Below are positions 1-9,340 of a DNA stretch of 64,000 nucleotides, one piece after another. The notes beneath the pieces were generated by a model, which had not been told where the DNA came from, made no database searches, and was given only the letters and a program-made list of their open reading frames with translations. The DNA comes from Prevotella sp. (GTDB taxonomy: Bacteria > Bacteroidota > Bacteroidia > Bacteroidales > Bacteroidaceae), in NCBI GenBank assembly GCA_024697405.1, contig JAILFU010000193.1, positions 11,147-75,146 on the forward strand. Reading direction: 5' to 3'. Both the position numbers and the translations under genes were made by a program. Positions within the stretch are counted from its first letter, which is position 1. The number at the start of each line of letters is the position of its first letter.

Positions 1-2816
1 CCACGCAAATGGGCCGGCGTATCTACGCCTTTGGTTTCAACAATGATATTCAGTTCTTTTGTGCCATCGGTCTTCTTCACCATATACATGAAGTCCGGAC
101 TATAAGAGTCGTTGGTGATTGTAGGAATGGCGATACTCTTACGAGGAATTTTACCAAACACAATGACTTCGTCTATATCAGAGGTCCTAAGGTTTTTCTG
201 CTCCAGGTCGCTATCGTATGTATATGCGTTGTAAAGATACCTGTCAGCGACTCGTGCACTATCCAAATGATTACCTATATAGCTCTGCACAATATCGTCA
301 TATAGCTTACCATTTTCGTCAGTCAAACGAGTACGCTTTACATCGTAGGCAGTCTGTTTATACTTGAATTGACTCATCGAGTGTTCTGTCTTCCAGTGAT
401 TGATGCTATCGATAATGCGAGCCAGCGACTGGTCGTTAATCATCTCCTGCTTGAAGAGGGGCCTGTTTCCTACACCTTCGCACATTGCCTGGTGAAGGGT
501 ACGGATGGGCACACTGGTAGCACGATTGATACGCTGCAGGAACTCATTGTATGGAAGGCGATTACCACTTGTCTGGTATTGTACCCCCGTGTCCTGCACG
601 TATGCCATGCGGCCATTATCAGTACCTATCACTTCTCTTTGACTGGTTATCACACTTTGGGCGAACACTCCATCGCTGAACAGCATAGGCAATGCCTTTT
701 CCAACTCTTTCTCCAGCATAGGGTCGAAGAAGATGATATAGCGCTTATTGATCTTCATCCAAAGGTCGCGCAAACGGTCGAACACCAGCGGACGTATCTT
801 AACCTTATTGCTGTTCTTCTTGTTGCGGTCGATAACCTTCGACTTGGGTAAGCCGAAATTGGCGAATTCAGGGTACAGATTATATAGTTCACCGAGCATG
901 TCGCCATTGATATGGAACTCCAAGTCTTTGATGATGCCTTTCTGCTTGAGTTCGATGGCCAGTTGGAACTCGTCGATACCACGCTGCTGAGCCACAGACG
1001 CAATCAACTGAGCAGGAATCTTATCAGTAATGGCAACTTGTGGCAACTGACCATTAATCTCTGCAACAAGTTTGGAGGCGAAGTCAGCCTCATCGAAGTC
1101 CACAATATAGTTCAACAGAAACGCCTCGCTACTGCGATTTCCATATTCATCTACAGGCAAGCGGAGTCCACGCCCCACCTCCTGCAACTTGCTGATTTCG
1201 CTTCCGCTGGAGCGCAGTTTACAGATGGTAAACACATTAGGGTTATCCCATCCTTCCTTCAGCGTCCACTTTGAGAAGATGAAGCGGCGTGTGTTCCAAC
1301 TTCCATCCTCGTTCTTAAACGACAGCAGCAGTTTTTTGTCGTGCAGAATCTCTTTCACCTGTTGGGCTATCTCCTCATCGCTATTCTGATTATCCTCAGC
1401 AAAGTAACCACCATGACAAGCGTGAGCATCTTTCAATGTAGCCTCCAGATAGGCCTTGTAGTCGTCAGAGCAGGGCTTGTCCAGTTCCAACTTGACACGC
1501 TCCCTTAGCAACGACTCAAATTTCTCAGCCAGCCAGCCGTTCTGCTCATCATCACCGCGATACGAGCGGATGTTATCGATAAAGAACAGGGCCAGCGTCT
1601 TCATGCGCTGAGGGCGTTCAAAATTCTGGCGTTCTGTCTCAAAGTGCCGCTGAATGGTCAGCTTCACCATCTCCTCCTGATACGACTGGGCATAGACAGA
1701 CGGACAGAAGTGTTCGCTGGTATGAAACTGTTTTCCGTTTGATAGCGTTACAAGTCCCTTTTCAATAGCATCCACACTCACGTTCTGCATCTCAGGTGCC
1801 AGCGTAATGGGGTCACCGGCCTGCAATGTTTCCGTTCTGCTGCCGTATTGCATGGTCACCTTGCGCTCGCGCTCATTAATCTCTCTGATGATGATGCGCT
1901 CACGCTGCTGGCCCTCCAGTTCGAAATGCTCTTTGGCCACACCCTTAATCAGGTTCTGAGAGAAGGCCTCGCAAGCGTTCAGGTCGTAAAGCAGGTTCAG
2001 ATAGTCTTTTGTCACGTGCTTGTTCTTGCCACGTCCCACTATGATCTCAGGGAAGGTGGCACCATAGCGCAATATCAGTTGTGGTTTCAATTCCTTCAGT
2101 ATCTGCGTATAGGCCGACTGAGAACGTGTAAAGCGGTGAGGCTCGTCGATAATCACCACAGGATGCGTAGCCCTCAATGCGTCGAACGGACGATAGAAGC
2201 CCAACACGCCAAAGTCATAATCATCACGTTTCAGTATCTGTGCATTCGTCAGCAGGGCCATGTTCAGAAGCAGCACATAGATCTTGTTGCGCTGCTGGCA
2301 TGAGCCTTCCACAAAGTTGCGCACCACACCAGGGAAATAGCGTTTCCCCTTCTTGGCCTTGGCAGCCTCCAATACGCCCACCTCCAAATCGCAATCATAA
2401 CCACAGGCGTTTTTGAAATGATGCCGCACATACAGGTCGCTCAGGAACTGCTCTGCACCAGCCTTAATAGGCAGCGAGGGTACACAGACGATGAATTTAT
2501 TCAGGCGATAGCGCTGATGCAACTCAAAGATGGTCTTGGTATAGGCATAAGTCTTACCCGTACCCGTTTCCATCTTGATGTCAAGATTCAGAGGACCGTT
2601 CTCTTCAGGCTCTTGCAGCTTGGGTGGAAGATTTGGCACCAAGCGCTTCTTTACATTTATGATGGGTGTAAACAACTGGGAGCGGTTCGACCACGACAAC
2701 GACGGATTGGCATAGAAGTCCTTGGGCGACTGCCAGTTCACATCTTTCAATGCGTCGCCTACTGCCTCTACTGGCAGTTGCTGGTGCGGAAGATTGTTTT
2801 GCAGTATCAGTTCCAT
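1..2816 (-). CDS. res: Type III restriction enzyme Res subunit (helicase-like + PD-(D/E)XK nuclease); 3' end runs off the window
   Basis: Absent from the ORF track because it has no stop in the window. Manual translation from ATG 2816: MELILQNNLPHQ..., Walker A LDIKMETGTGKT, VIIDEPHRF, C-terminal YSPDFMY...IVETKG. Lies 4 bp downstream of mod. Confidence 0.93.
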   Translation of the reverse strand, partial: MELILQNNLPHQQLPVEAVGDALKDVNWQSPKDFYANPSLSWSNRSQLFTPIINVKKRLVPNLPPKLQEPEENGPLNLDIKMETGTGKTYAYTKTIFELHQRYRLNKFIVCVPSLPIKAGAEQFLSDLYVRHHFKNACGYDCDLEVGVLEAAKAKKGKRYFPGVVRNFVEGSCQQRNKIYVLLLNMALLTNAQILKRDDYDFGVLGFYRPFDALRATHPVVIIDEPHRFTRSQSAYTQILKELKPQLILRYGATFPEIIVGRGKNKHVTKDYLNLLYDLNACEAFSQNLIKGVAKEHFELEGQQRERIIIREINERERKVTMQYGSRTETLQAGDPITLAPEMQNVSVDAIEKGLVTLSNGKQFHTSEHFCPSVYAQSYQEEMVKLTIQRHFETERQNFERPQRMKTLALFFIDNIRSYRGDDEQNGWLAEKFESLLRERVKLELDKPCSDDYKAYLEATLKDAHACHGGYFAEDNQNSDEEIAQQVKEILHDKKLLLSFKNEDGSWNTRRFIFSKWTLKEGWDNPNVFTICKLRSSGSEISKLQEVGRGLRLPVDEYGNRSSEAFLLNYIVDFDEADFASKLVAEINGQLPQVAITDKIPAQLIASVAQQRGIDEFQLAIELKQKGIIKDLEFHINGDMLGELYNLYPEFANFGLPKSKVIDRNKKNSNKVKIRPLVFDRLRDLWMKINKRYIIFFDPMLEKELEKALPMLFSDGVFAQSVITSQREVIGTDNGRMAYVQDTGVQYQTSGNRLPYNEFLQRINRATSVPIRTLHQAMCEGVGNRPLFKQEMINDQSLARIIDSINHWKTEHSMSQFKYKQTAYDVKRTRLTDENGKLYDDIVQSYIGNHLDSARVADRYLYNAYTYDSDLEQKNLRTSDIDEVIVFGKIPRKSIAIPTITNDSYSPDFMYMVKKTDGTKELNIIVETKGVDTPAHLR

Positions 2817-2820
2817 AGTA

Positions 2821-4695
2821 TCAGTAGCGAACGTCGATAATAATGTTCTTATCTTTCACCAGATTGATGGTAGACTTATTCTTTTCGAGCATATCCTTGG
2901 CGTTATGGCCAAAGCTATATCCAAACAGCACGATGCAGTCTGGATTAAATGCCGGGTCGCTCTGATAGCGGTCTACCAGTGCTGCCATATCCTCCTCTGT
3001 AAAGTCGACATCCGTCATATAGAGATGGCATCCGCAGAGCGTCGCATGATACTTGTTGAGCACCACGTCCTCGGTCTTTGCACCAAGACCATAGCCGTCG
3101 CTTACCAGCCAAGTCTCCAACACCGTATCGCGTCCAAACATATTAAGCGTATCTTCCGTCGATAATATCACGTTGGAATCGAAGGCCTCCAGCTTGTCGA
3201 GGGTATTCTGCGGCACTTCCTCTAATGTGTAGTGCTTAAAGCCCAAGTCGCCTGCAAACAGCGGATTCTCCTCCTTGATTTTCTTCGCCGCACGCTTAAT
3301 GCGCTCCATGCCAACCTCATCGATGGTGCGGTAGCCAGCCTTGTAGGCCTCAGACTGTTCTGCGTATTTTTCTTTCCATTGTACCATGATGAAGTGTACA
3401 CGCTCATCTTTTAATTCCATTGCTGCTTGTGCTGTAGTACCTGAGCCAGAGAAAAAATCTAAAACATATATATCTTCTTTGTCACTAGGGTCAATCCCTT
3501 GCTCTAATATTTGCTTGATAAAATCGACAGGTTTGGGGAAGTCAAAATAGTCATTTCCATCGAATAGTTCAGACAACTCTCTTGTACCTTGGGTACTATA
3601 AACCGTATTAAACAAACTACTAAATCCAGTTAATGAACTTTGCACGTCCTTTAAGAACTTCTTTCTTCTTGGACGACCTGAAGGTTCTGCAGGCCATAAT
3701 ATTTCATTGCCTGCTATCAGCTCTGCCATTCTCTTCTTCTCATATCGCCATCCTGTTGATGGACAGGCATAAACAATCCCTGTTGCAGGATTCTCAAGTT
3801 CATAGTGCAAATTGGGACGTTGAGACTCTGTTGCCAAACCGACCATATTATCACTCATCCAGTCACCTCTTGGGTCATTATCAGGATTGGAATACTTTGT
3901 TACGTCCGACAATTTGCCTCTTACTCTTGCTTCTTCCCTTCTTCCATAACAAAGAAGGTAATCATGATCCATAGAGACACCATTCTTTGTTCGACTATCA
4001 GGCTGTTGTCTTTTTTTCCAAATAAATGAAGAGATGAAACAATCTTCACCAAACACATTATCACACAGTTGTTTTAAATACGCCTGCTCATTATCATCAA
4101 TCGAGATAAAGATAACTCCATCCTTTGACATTAAATCGCGAGCCAACTGTAGGCGGGGCATCATAAAAGTGAGCCATGCAGCGTGACTGGCACGATGACC
4201 GCTCGTCATAGCGATAATCTTCTCTGCCTCGTCAGGGCTGATACTCAACTTCTTCTCTAGTTCTTCAGCCGTAAACTTGAACTTGTCGTTATACACAAAT
4301 CCGTCAGTACCCGTATTGTAAGGCGGGTCGATATAGATGCACTTCACCTGACCTGCATAACTCTTCACCAAATGATGCAGCGCATCGAGGTTATCACCAC
4401 TGATATAGATATTCTCGCTGTTCTGATTCTCTAGCTTTGAATTGTGCTCCACGTCAGGACGAATCACCGTCGTGGTATCCATCGACGACAGCATGCGGGC
4501 ATAGCTCTTACCCAGAAAGTCGTAGCTGCGGCCTTCGCGAGTGACATCCACCTGGGGCTGGATAGCCTCGCGAAACTTATCTATATCAAACTCACCCTGA
4601 GCATTGAAACACTGAGGGAAATACTCCTTGAGCCCCTCCATTTCGCGGCTGATAGGCGTCACCGCCTCGTTGTCTTTAGCTATTTGCTGAATCAT
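2821..4695 (-). CDS. mod: Type III R-M DNA methyltransferase Mod subunit (N6-adenine, beta class)
   Basis: GDNLDAL, YIDPPYNTG, FISIDDNE, FPKP and VLDFFSGSGTT motifs; adjacent to res. Confidence 0.95.
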   Translation of the reverse strand: MIQQIAKDNEAVTPISREMEGLKEYFPQCFNAQGEFDIDKFREAIQPQVDVTREGRSYDFLGKSYARMLSSMDTTTVIRPDVEHNSKLENQNSENIYISGDNLDALHHLVKSYAGQVKCIYIDPPYNTGTDGFVYNDKFKFTAEELEKKLSISPDEAEKIIAMTSGHRASHAAWLTFMMPRLQLARDLMSKDGVIFISIDDNEQAYLKQLCDNVFGEDCFISSFIWKKRQQPDSRTKNGVSMDHDYLLCYGRREEARVRGKLSDVTKYSNPDNDPRGDWMSDNMVGLATESQRPNLHYELENPATGIVYACPSTGWRYEKKRMAELIAGNEILWPAEPSGRPRRKKFLKDVQSSLTGFSSLFNTVYSTQGTRELSELFDGNDYFDFPKPVDFIKQILEQGIDPSDKEDIYVLDFFSGSGTTAQAAMELKDERVHFIMVQWKEKYAEQSEAYKAGYRTIDEVGMERIKRAAKKIKEENPLFAGDLGFKHYTLEEVPQNTLDKLEAFDSNVILSTEDTLNMFGRDTVLETWLVSDGYGLGAKTEDVVLNKYHATLCGCHLYMTDVDFTEEDMAALVDRYQSDPAFNPDCIVLFGYSFGHNAKDMLEKNKSTINLVKDKNIIIDVRY

Positions 4696-4921
4696 TTTGG
4701 CTATTTTTTCTTTATCTGTTCTTTTTCTTTCTCTTTTCTAATATCGTCCAGCGTTTCGCCTTTAGCCTTGTTTGTTCATACCTTTTCAATGTCAGGTTAT
4801 AAATCTTTGCAAGCAAAGCGGCAGAGCCGAGCGGTTTCCAACCATGCGAAACTGAGCATGGAAGCCACTTGACTGGGCACCATAACCATGCTGTCACAGC
4901 TTCTTCTCCGTTTCCTGGGTG

Positions 4922-4929
4922 CAAAAGTA
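4922..4929 (-). promoter_or_regulatory. Bacteroidota -7 promoter box upstream of mod-res
   Basis: Minus-strand TACTTTTG matches TAnnTTTG. Confidence 0.55.
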
Positions 4930-5102
4930 CACTTTTTCCACGAAATCACCAAAAGTTCGGCAGAGAATATCATCTCATGCCAGTTCTTCCTTGACTACTC
5001 AGTCATGTGCCCATGACTTCTTAGGGGGTACTAAGCGTATCTCCTAAGAAGTGGTACTGGCCACATCTTATGACTATTCCTTATCCTCTGCTCATTAGGT
5101 TT

Positions 5103-5225
5103 GGCAATGATATAGCAGTTGACCCAGGAATTCATCTCCAGCGGTTACCGCATTCTTGCTACCAAAGGGACGCAAGAATGCGCCATGCGGAAAAGTAAAT
5201 TCAGGTTAACTGCTATATTGTTGCC
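5103..5225. mobile_element. MITE copy A (GGCAA[T/C]GATATAGCAGTTGAC inverted ends)
   Basis: ~21-bp imperfect TIRs; homologous to 41005-41124 (opposite orientation) and 31068-31394. Confidence 0.75.
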
Positions 5226-5437
5226 TTAATATTCATAGACCATCCATCTCCAAAAGATAGCTATTAAGCGTCCGACTTAACACTTTAGAGATTTTTTTCT
5301 TAGAATTTGGCTTTCTTGTCTTGCAAGCGGACAAAGGTGGAGCGGCCGCTTGCCTTAGCAAGAACTTCGCAACAAAAAACTTTGTTCTGGGGTTAACATT
5401 TCGGACGGCTGAAGCGTATTACTATAAAAAAGACGTG

Positions 5438-6025
5438 ATGGAAAGACATGAAAGGCTACCGGAAAGGCTACGGGAAAGGCTACGGGAAAGGCTACGGGTA
5501 GGCGCGTCAGCGGGAATGGGCGCGTCAGCGGGAATGGGCGAGCAAAGTCCGGGAATCGTCCAAAGGCTGTTCGAGCAGCACTACGCCAAGATGCTGAGGG
5601 TGGCACGCACCATTCTCTACGACGAGCAGGAGAGCAAGGATGTGGTCAGCGACATCTTTGAGCGACTGCTCCGTGGACGGACGATGCTGATGCCCGACAC
5701 CGAGGAACGCTACCTGCTGACGAGCGTTCGCAACCAGTGCCTGAAGCGTATCCGCCATCAGGAAACGAGACACCGCATGGAGGCTGCACCTGCAGAGCAG
5801 CCGTCCGGCGCAGAGGATGAAGACGAGCGCATGACCGACATCGTGGAGTTTGTCGTCAGCCATCTGACAGCACAAGAGCAGCGCATCTTCCACCTCCGTT
5901 TCGCCGAAGGGTGTAGCTACGAGGAGATCGCTTCTTCCGAAGGTATCAGCCGCGTGGCCGTATGGAAACATCTTTCGCACGCCTTGAAAGAAATCAGAAA
6001 CCGTTTTAATCCGAAAGGCTTATGA
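5438..6025 (+). CDS. ECF sigma-70 factor
   Basis: Region 2 (DVVSDIF..., YLLTSVRNQC) and region 4 (SYEEIASSEGISRVAVWKHLSHA); ATG 5438 preferred over TTG 5321. Confidence 0.9.
   Translation: MERHERLPERLRERLRERLRVGASAGMGASAGMGEQSPGIVQRLFEQHYAKMLRVARTILYDEQESKDVVSDIFERLLRGRTMLMPDTEERYLLTSVRNQCLKRIRHQETRHRMEAAPAEQPSGAEDEDERMTDIVEFVVSHLTAQEQRIFHLRFAEGCSYEEIASSEGISRVAVWKHLSHALKEIRNRFNPKGL
5450..5536 (+). repeat. In-frame tandem repeats: 4 x 12 bp GAAAGGCTAC(C/G)G and 2 x 18 bp GGCGCGTCAGCGGGAATG
   Basis: Read directly; encode ERLP-ERLR-ERLR-ERLR-V-GASAGM-GASAGM. Confidence 0.9.
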
Positions 6026-6594
6026 AAACAAATGACCACAACAAACAGCTTTACCGCGATATGCAGGAAGCCCCCGACAAGTATTCCGACCAGGAGATAG
6101 AGGCCATGATGGACCATCTTGACCAGATGCCCGACGTAGATGAAGCCTGGCAGCAGTTCGCCCGGCAGCACATCTCCTCAGCAGGCCCCATGCATACGTG
6201 GCGTAAGGTCGCAGCCATGATCGTTGGCACGTTAACGTTGTCGGGTATCGCCATTGCGGCTGTCCACATCGTACGCCAGCCGCAGCAGGAGGAGCAACCG
6301 GCAGCGGCAGCAGAACACCCCCAGTCTGCAGTCACCGCGCCTCAAGCCATACCTACTGACACCATCGTCAAGACTGTGCCTGTCGTGTTCGATAATATCC
6401 CCCTCGACAGCATCGCCAAGGGCATTGCCACCTATCATCACCTTCAGTTGGACTTAAAGAGCGAGCAGGCCAGGCAGCTTCGTTTCTATTTCGTGTGGAA
6501 TCAGGAAGACAGTCTGCAAGAGGTCATAGAGAAGTTGAACATGTTCGAGCAGGTCAACCTGGCTGTAGAGAACGGAAAACTGGTTGTCAGATGA
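6022..6594 (+). CDS. FecR-like anti-sigma factor (DUF4974-type C-terminus)
   Basis: Overlaps the sigma stop (ATGA); single TM; C-terminal VFDNIPLDSI...FYFVWNQEDSLQEVIEKLN. Confidence 0.8.
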   Translation: MKTNDHNKQLYRDMQEAPDKYSDQEIEAMMDHLDQMPDVDEAWQQFARQHISSAGPMHTWRKVAAMIVGTLTLSGIAIAAVHIVRQPQQEEQPAAAAEHPQSAVTAPQAIPTDTIVKTVPVVFDNIPLDSIAKGIATYHHLQLDLKSEQARQLRFYFVWNQEDSLQEVIEKLNMFEQVNLAVENGKLVVR

Positions 6595-9194
6595 TGAAGC
6601 ACCTCATGATTACTCTTGTCGCCCTGTGCTGCTTCATCGGCACCCGGGGGCAGAAAATCACTCGCAACTATGATAACGTTACGATGTCTGAGGTTTTGCG
6701 AGACCTCAACGAGCAGTCGCACGACTATACCATCAGCTTCCTCTACAATGAGCTGGAAGACTTCCGAGTGACTACCAGCATCAAACACGAGTCGATCCCC
6801 GACGCCATCATGCAGGCAATTGGCTTCTACCCCATCCGTGTTGTGCGGCGTGGAGCGCATGAGCTATATGTAGAATGTACTCACAAGGCCGACCACCACC
6901 TGACAGGAACCGTCATCGACGAACATGGTCTGCCCGTAGCCTTTGCCAGCGTCGCCATTCTCCATCCCGCAGACTCCACGCTGCTCAGCGGTGGCGTGAC
7001 GAACGAGAGTGGCTACTTCGCCGTTCCTGTGGAGCAAGACCAGGTGCTGGCCCGCATCTCTTACGTCGGCTACAAGACGATTTACAAGCAATGTGATCAT
7101 GCTGGACTTGGCACGATACGGATGCATCCTGACAGCTACACGCTGAATGGCGTGGTCGTGAAGGGGGAGCGCCCAAGGATAGTGCTCCATGGCAATTCGC
7201 TGATGATGAATGTGGAGGGGACGGTGATGGAACGGATGGGCACCGCCGAAGACGTGCTCTCCCGTGTGCCTACCATCTCAAAGAGAGGCGACGTGTTTGA
7301 AATACTGGGGAAAGGCGTGCCGTTGATTTACCTAAACAACCGTAAGCTGACCGACCTGCAGGAACTGAAGAACATCCAGTCGGACAACATCAAGAACATA
7401 GAAGTCATTCAGAATCCTGGAGCCCGATACGACGCGTCCGTCAATGCCGTCATCATCATTCACACCAAGCGCACGGCAGGCGAAGGCCTCGGCGCAGAGC
7501 TGACCTCGTGGAGCCGCAAGGGGCACGGCTATGCAAACAATGAGCGCATCAACCTGACCTACGCACGAGGAAAGCTGGAATTGTTTTCCAATCTCTTCGG
7601 AGCCTACAACAAACGTTGGGAGGAAGGCGGCTTTGAGCAGACCGTTTTTGCCGACACGCTGTGGTCTGTTACCAACCGCCGTCATTCTACATCACGCAAC
7701 CCCTATTTCGAAGTACGCGGTGGCTTCAACTACCAGATGAACGACAGCAATTCCTTCGGCGGTTTCTATCAGCACACCTACGACTACGTGAAGAGTTCCA
7801 ACGACAACGTCGATGACCTGCAAAGGCTATGGGCAGGCGACGGTACGTCGGGAATGGCCGACGGCTCTCCCTACGACCGCCTGCATAACAGCGGCACCCG
7901 GCGTGACCGCAATGCACCTAAGCATCAGGCTAACCTTTACTATATAGGGAAAGTGGGCCGGTTCTCCATTGACTTCAACGCCGACTACACTTCCTACAAA
8001 ATACTGAGCCGTAACGAGCAGCGGGAACTAAGTAGCAACTACGAGAACCGCGACGTGAACACAGAAACCCGGACGCACGGCCGAATGGCGGCTGAGAAAC
8101 TCATTGTGAGTCATCCACTGTGGAAAGGCCAGTTGTCTGTGGGCGAAGAATATACAAACACACGCTGGAACAGCAGTTTTGAGAATACGCAGGGGTATAT
8201 AGCAAACAGCAACAATGAGCAGCATGAGCGCAACATGGCTCCTTTCGTGGAAATCTGGCAGCAGCTAGGGCGCTTCCGGTTGCAGGCGGGCCTGCGCCAT
8301 GAGCATGTGACGTCCGACTACTATGTCGGCGGTCAGCGTCGCAGCGACCAGAGCCGTACCTACGACGACCTGTTCCCGTCCGTCGCCCTGTCCACGTCTG
8401 TCAAGAAAGTGCAACTCTCCGTCAGCTATGCCAAGCGAACGAACCGGCCAGCCTACTGGCTGCTGAACAACGACGTGATATACGAGAACCGACTGAACAT
8501 GCAGAAGGGAAATCCCTATCTGCGTCCTGTCAAGTACCACAATCTGAACACAATGGCTATGTGGAACGGTTTCTATCTGACTGCCAACTATATTCATTGT
8601 GTCGACCCCTTCCTGAGAGTGGTGGAGAGTATGGAGCAGGACAGCAAGGTAAACGTCGCCACTACCAAGAACTACAACGATTGCGACTGGATCATCGTCA
8701 CCCTGGGCGCACAGAAGAGCGTCAGTCTGGCGAATGGTGTGACATGGACGCCGCAATATAATGCCACGTTGATGAAGCAATGGCTGACGACAACCTTCAA
8801 TGGTCAGGACATGCATCTCAACACGCCGATGCTGTCGCTGCAACTGGGCAATGTCGTCGCGCTGCCGCACGACTGGCTCCTGCAAGCCGATTTCAACATG
8901 CACACCCACGGCTATACTGGTTCTAACTTCAGAATCGAAACCACCAATGCCATGCTCTCACTCAGCGTCAGCAAGGATATGTTCAGGCGTCGCCTCAATA
9001 TCAAACTTACCGGCAACGACCTTTTCAACCAAGGTGCGGCCCACGGCACGTTCCACTTCAACCGCATGAAGATGACGAAGACGGAGGACAACGATTCACG
9101 CTGCGTTCAGCTCTCCCTGCGCTATCGTTTCAACGTCACCCCGACGAAGTACAAGGGCACGGGCGCTGGCAATTCCGAGAAGGACCGACTCTGA
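6591..9194 (+). CDS. TonB-dependent-like outer membrane beta-barrel protein with N-terminal signalling and CarboxypepD_reg-like domains
   Basis: Signal peptide, GTVIDEHG..GGVTNESGYF, plug IEVIQNPGARYDA, C-terminal LSLRYRFN. Confidence 0.85.
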   Translation: MMKHLMITLVALCCFIGTRGQKITRNYDNVTMSEVLRDLNEQSHDYTISFLYNELEDFRVTTSIKHESIPDAIMQAIGFYPIRVVRRGAHELYVECTHKADHHLTGTVIDEHGLPVAFASVAILHPADSTLLSGGVTNESGYFAVPVEQDQVLARISYVGYKTIYKQCDHAGLGTIRMHPDSYTLNGVVVKGERPRIVLHGNSLMMNVEGTVMERMGTAEDVLSRVPTISKRGDVFEILGKGVPLIYLNNRKLTDLQELKNIQSDNIKNIEVIQNPGARYDASVNAVIIIHTKRTAGEGLGAELTSWSRKGHGYANNERINLTYARGKLELFSNLFGAYNKRWEEGGFEQTVFADTLWSVTNRRHSTSRNPYFEVRGGFNYQMNDSNSFGGFYQHTYDYVKSSNDNVDDLQRLWAGDGTSGMADGSPYDRLHNSGTRRDRNAPKHQANLYYIGKVGRFSIDFNADYTSYKILSRNEQRELSSNYENRDVNTETRTHGRMAAEKLIVSHPLWKGQLSVGEEYTNTRWNSSFENTQGYIANSNNEQHERNMAPFVEIWQQLGRFRLQAGLRHEHVTSDYYVGGQRRSDQSRTYDDLFPSVALSTSVKKVQLSVSYAKRTNRPAYWLLNNDVIYENRLNMQKGNPYLRPVKYHNLNTMAMWNGFYLTANYIHCVDPFLRVVESMEQDSKVNVATTKNYNDCDWIIVTLGAQKSVSLANGVTWTPQYNATLMKQWLTTTFNGQDMHLNTPMLSLQLGNVVALPHDWLLQADFNMHTHGYTGSNFRIETTNAMLSLSVSKDMFRRRLNIKLTGNDLFNQGAAHGTFHFNRMKMTKTEDNDSRCVQLSLRYRFNVTPTKYKGTGAGNSEKDRL

Positions 9195-9293
9195 ATCTCT
9201 GGGAGGTGTGCCTATGGCAAATTTGCTCTGCCTGCTTCATCATTACAAGGAAAGGGAATGGCCATAGGACACCTCTACATTCGCTGAAGATCT

Positions 9294-9332
9294 TCTACTT
9301 ACTCCACAACTCCTTACTCCACAACTCCTCAA
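9294..9332 (+). repeat. ACTCC-type intergenic repeat, near-identical to 35088-35126
   Basis: 37/39 identity by direct comparison. Confidence 0.8.
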
Positions 9333-9340
9333 CTCCTAAG

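Noticed and set aside
9-3165. Plus-strand ORFs over the first 3 kb
   Set aside because: Antisense shadows of res and mod.
2821-4695. Phase-variable mod (phasevarion)
   Set aside because: No simple sequence repeat tract seen in the gene or its promoter.
4700-4924. 70-aa ORF, or a gene remnant reading PDIEKV*TNKAKGETLDDIRKEKEKEQIKKK*, upstream of mod
   Set aside because: The listed ORF starts inside the promoter box, and the other frame has stops and no recognisable family. It may be a pseudogene tail but cannot be supported.
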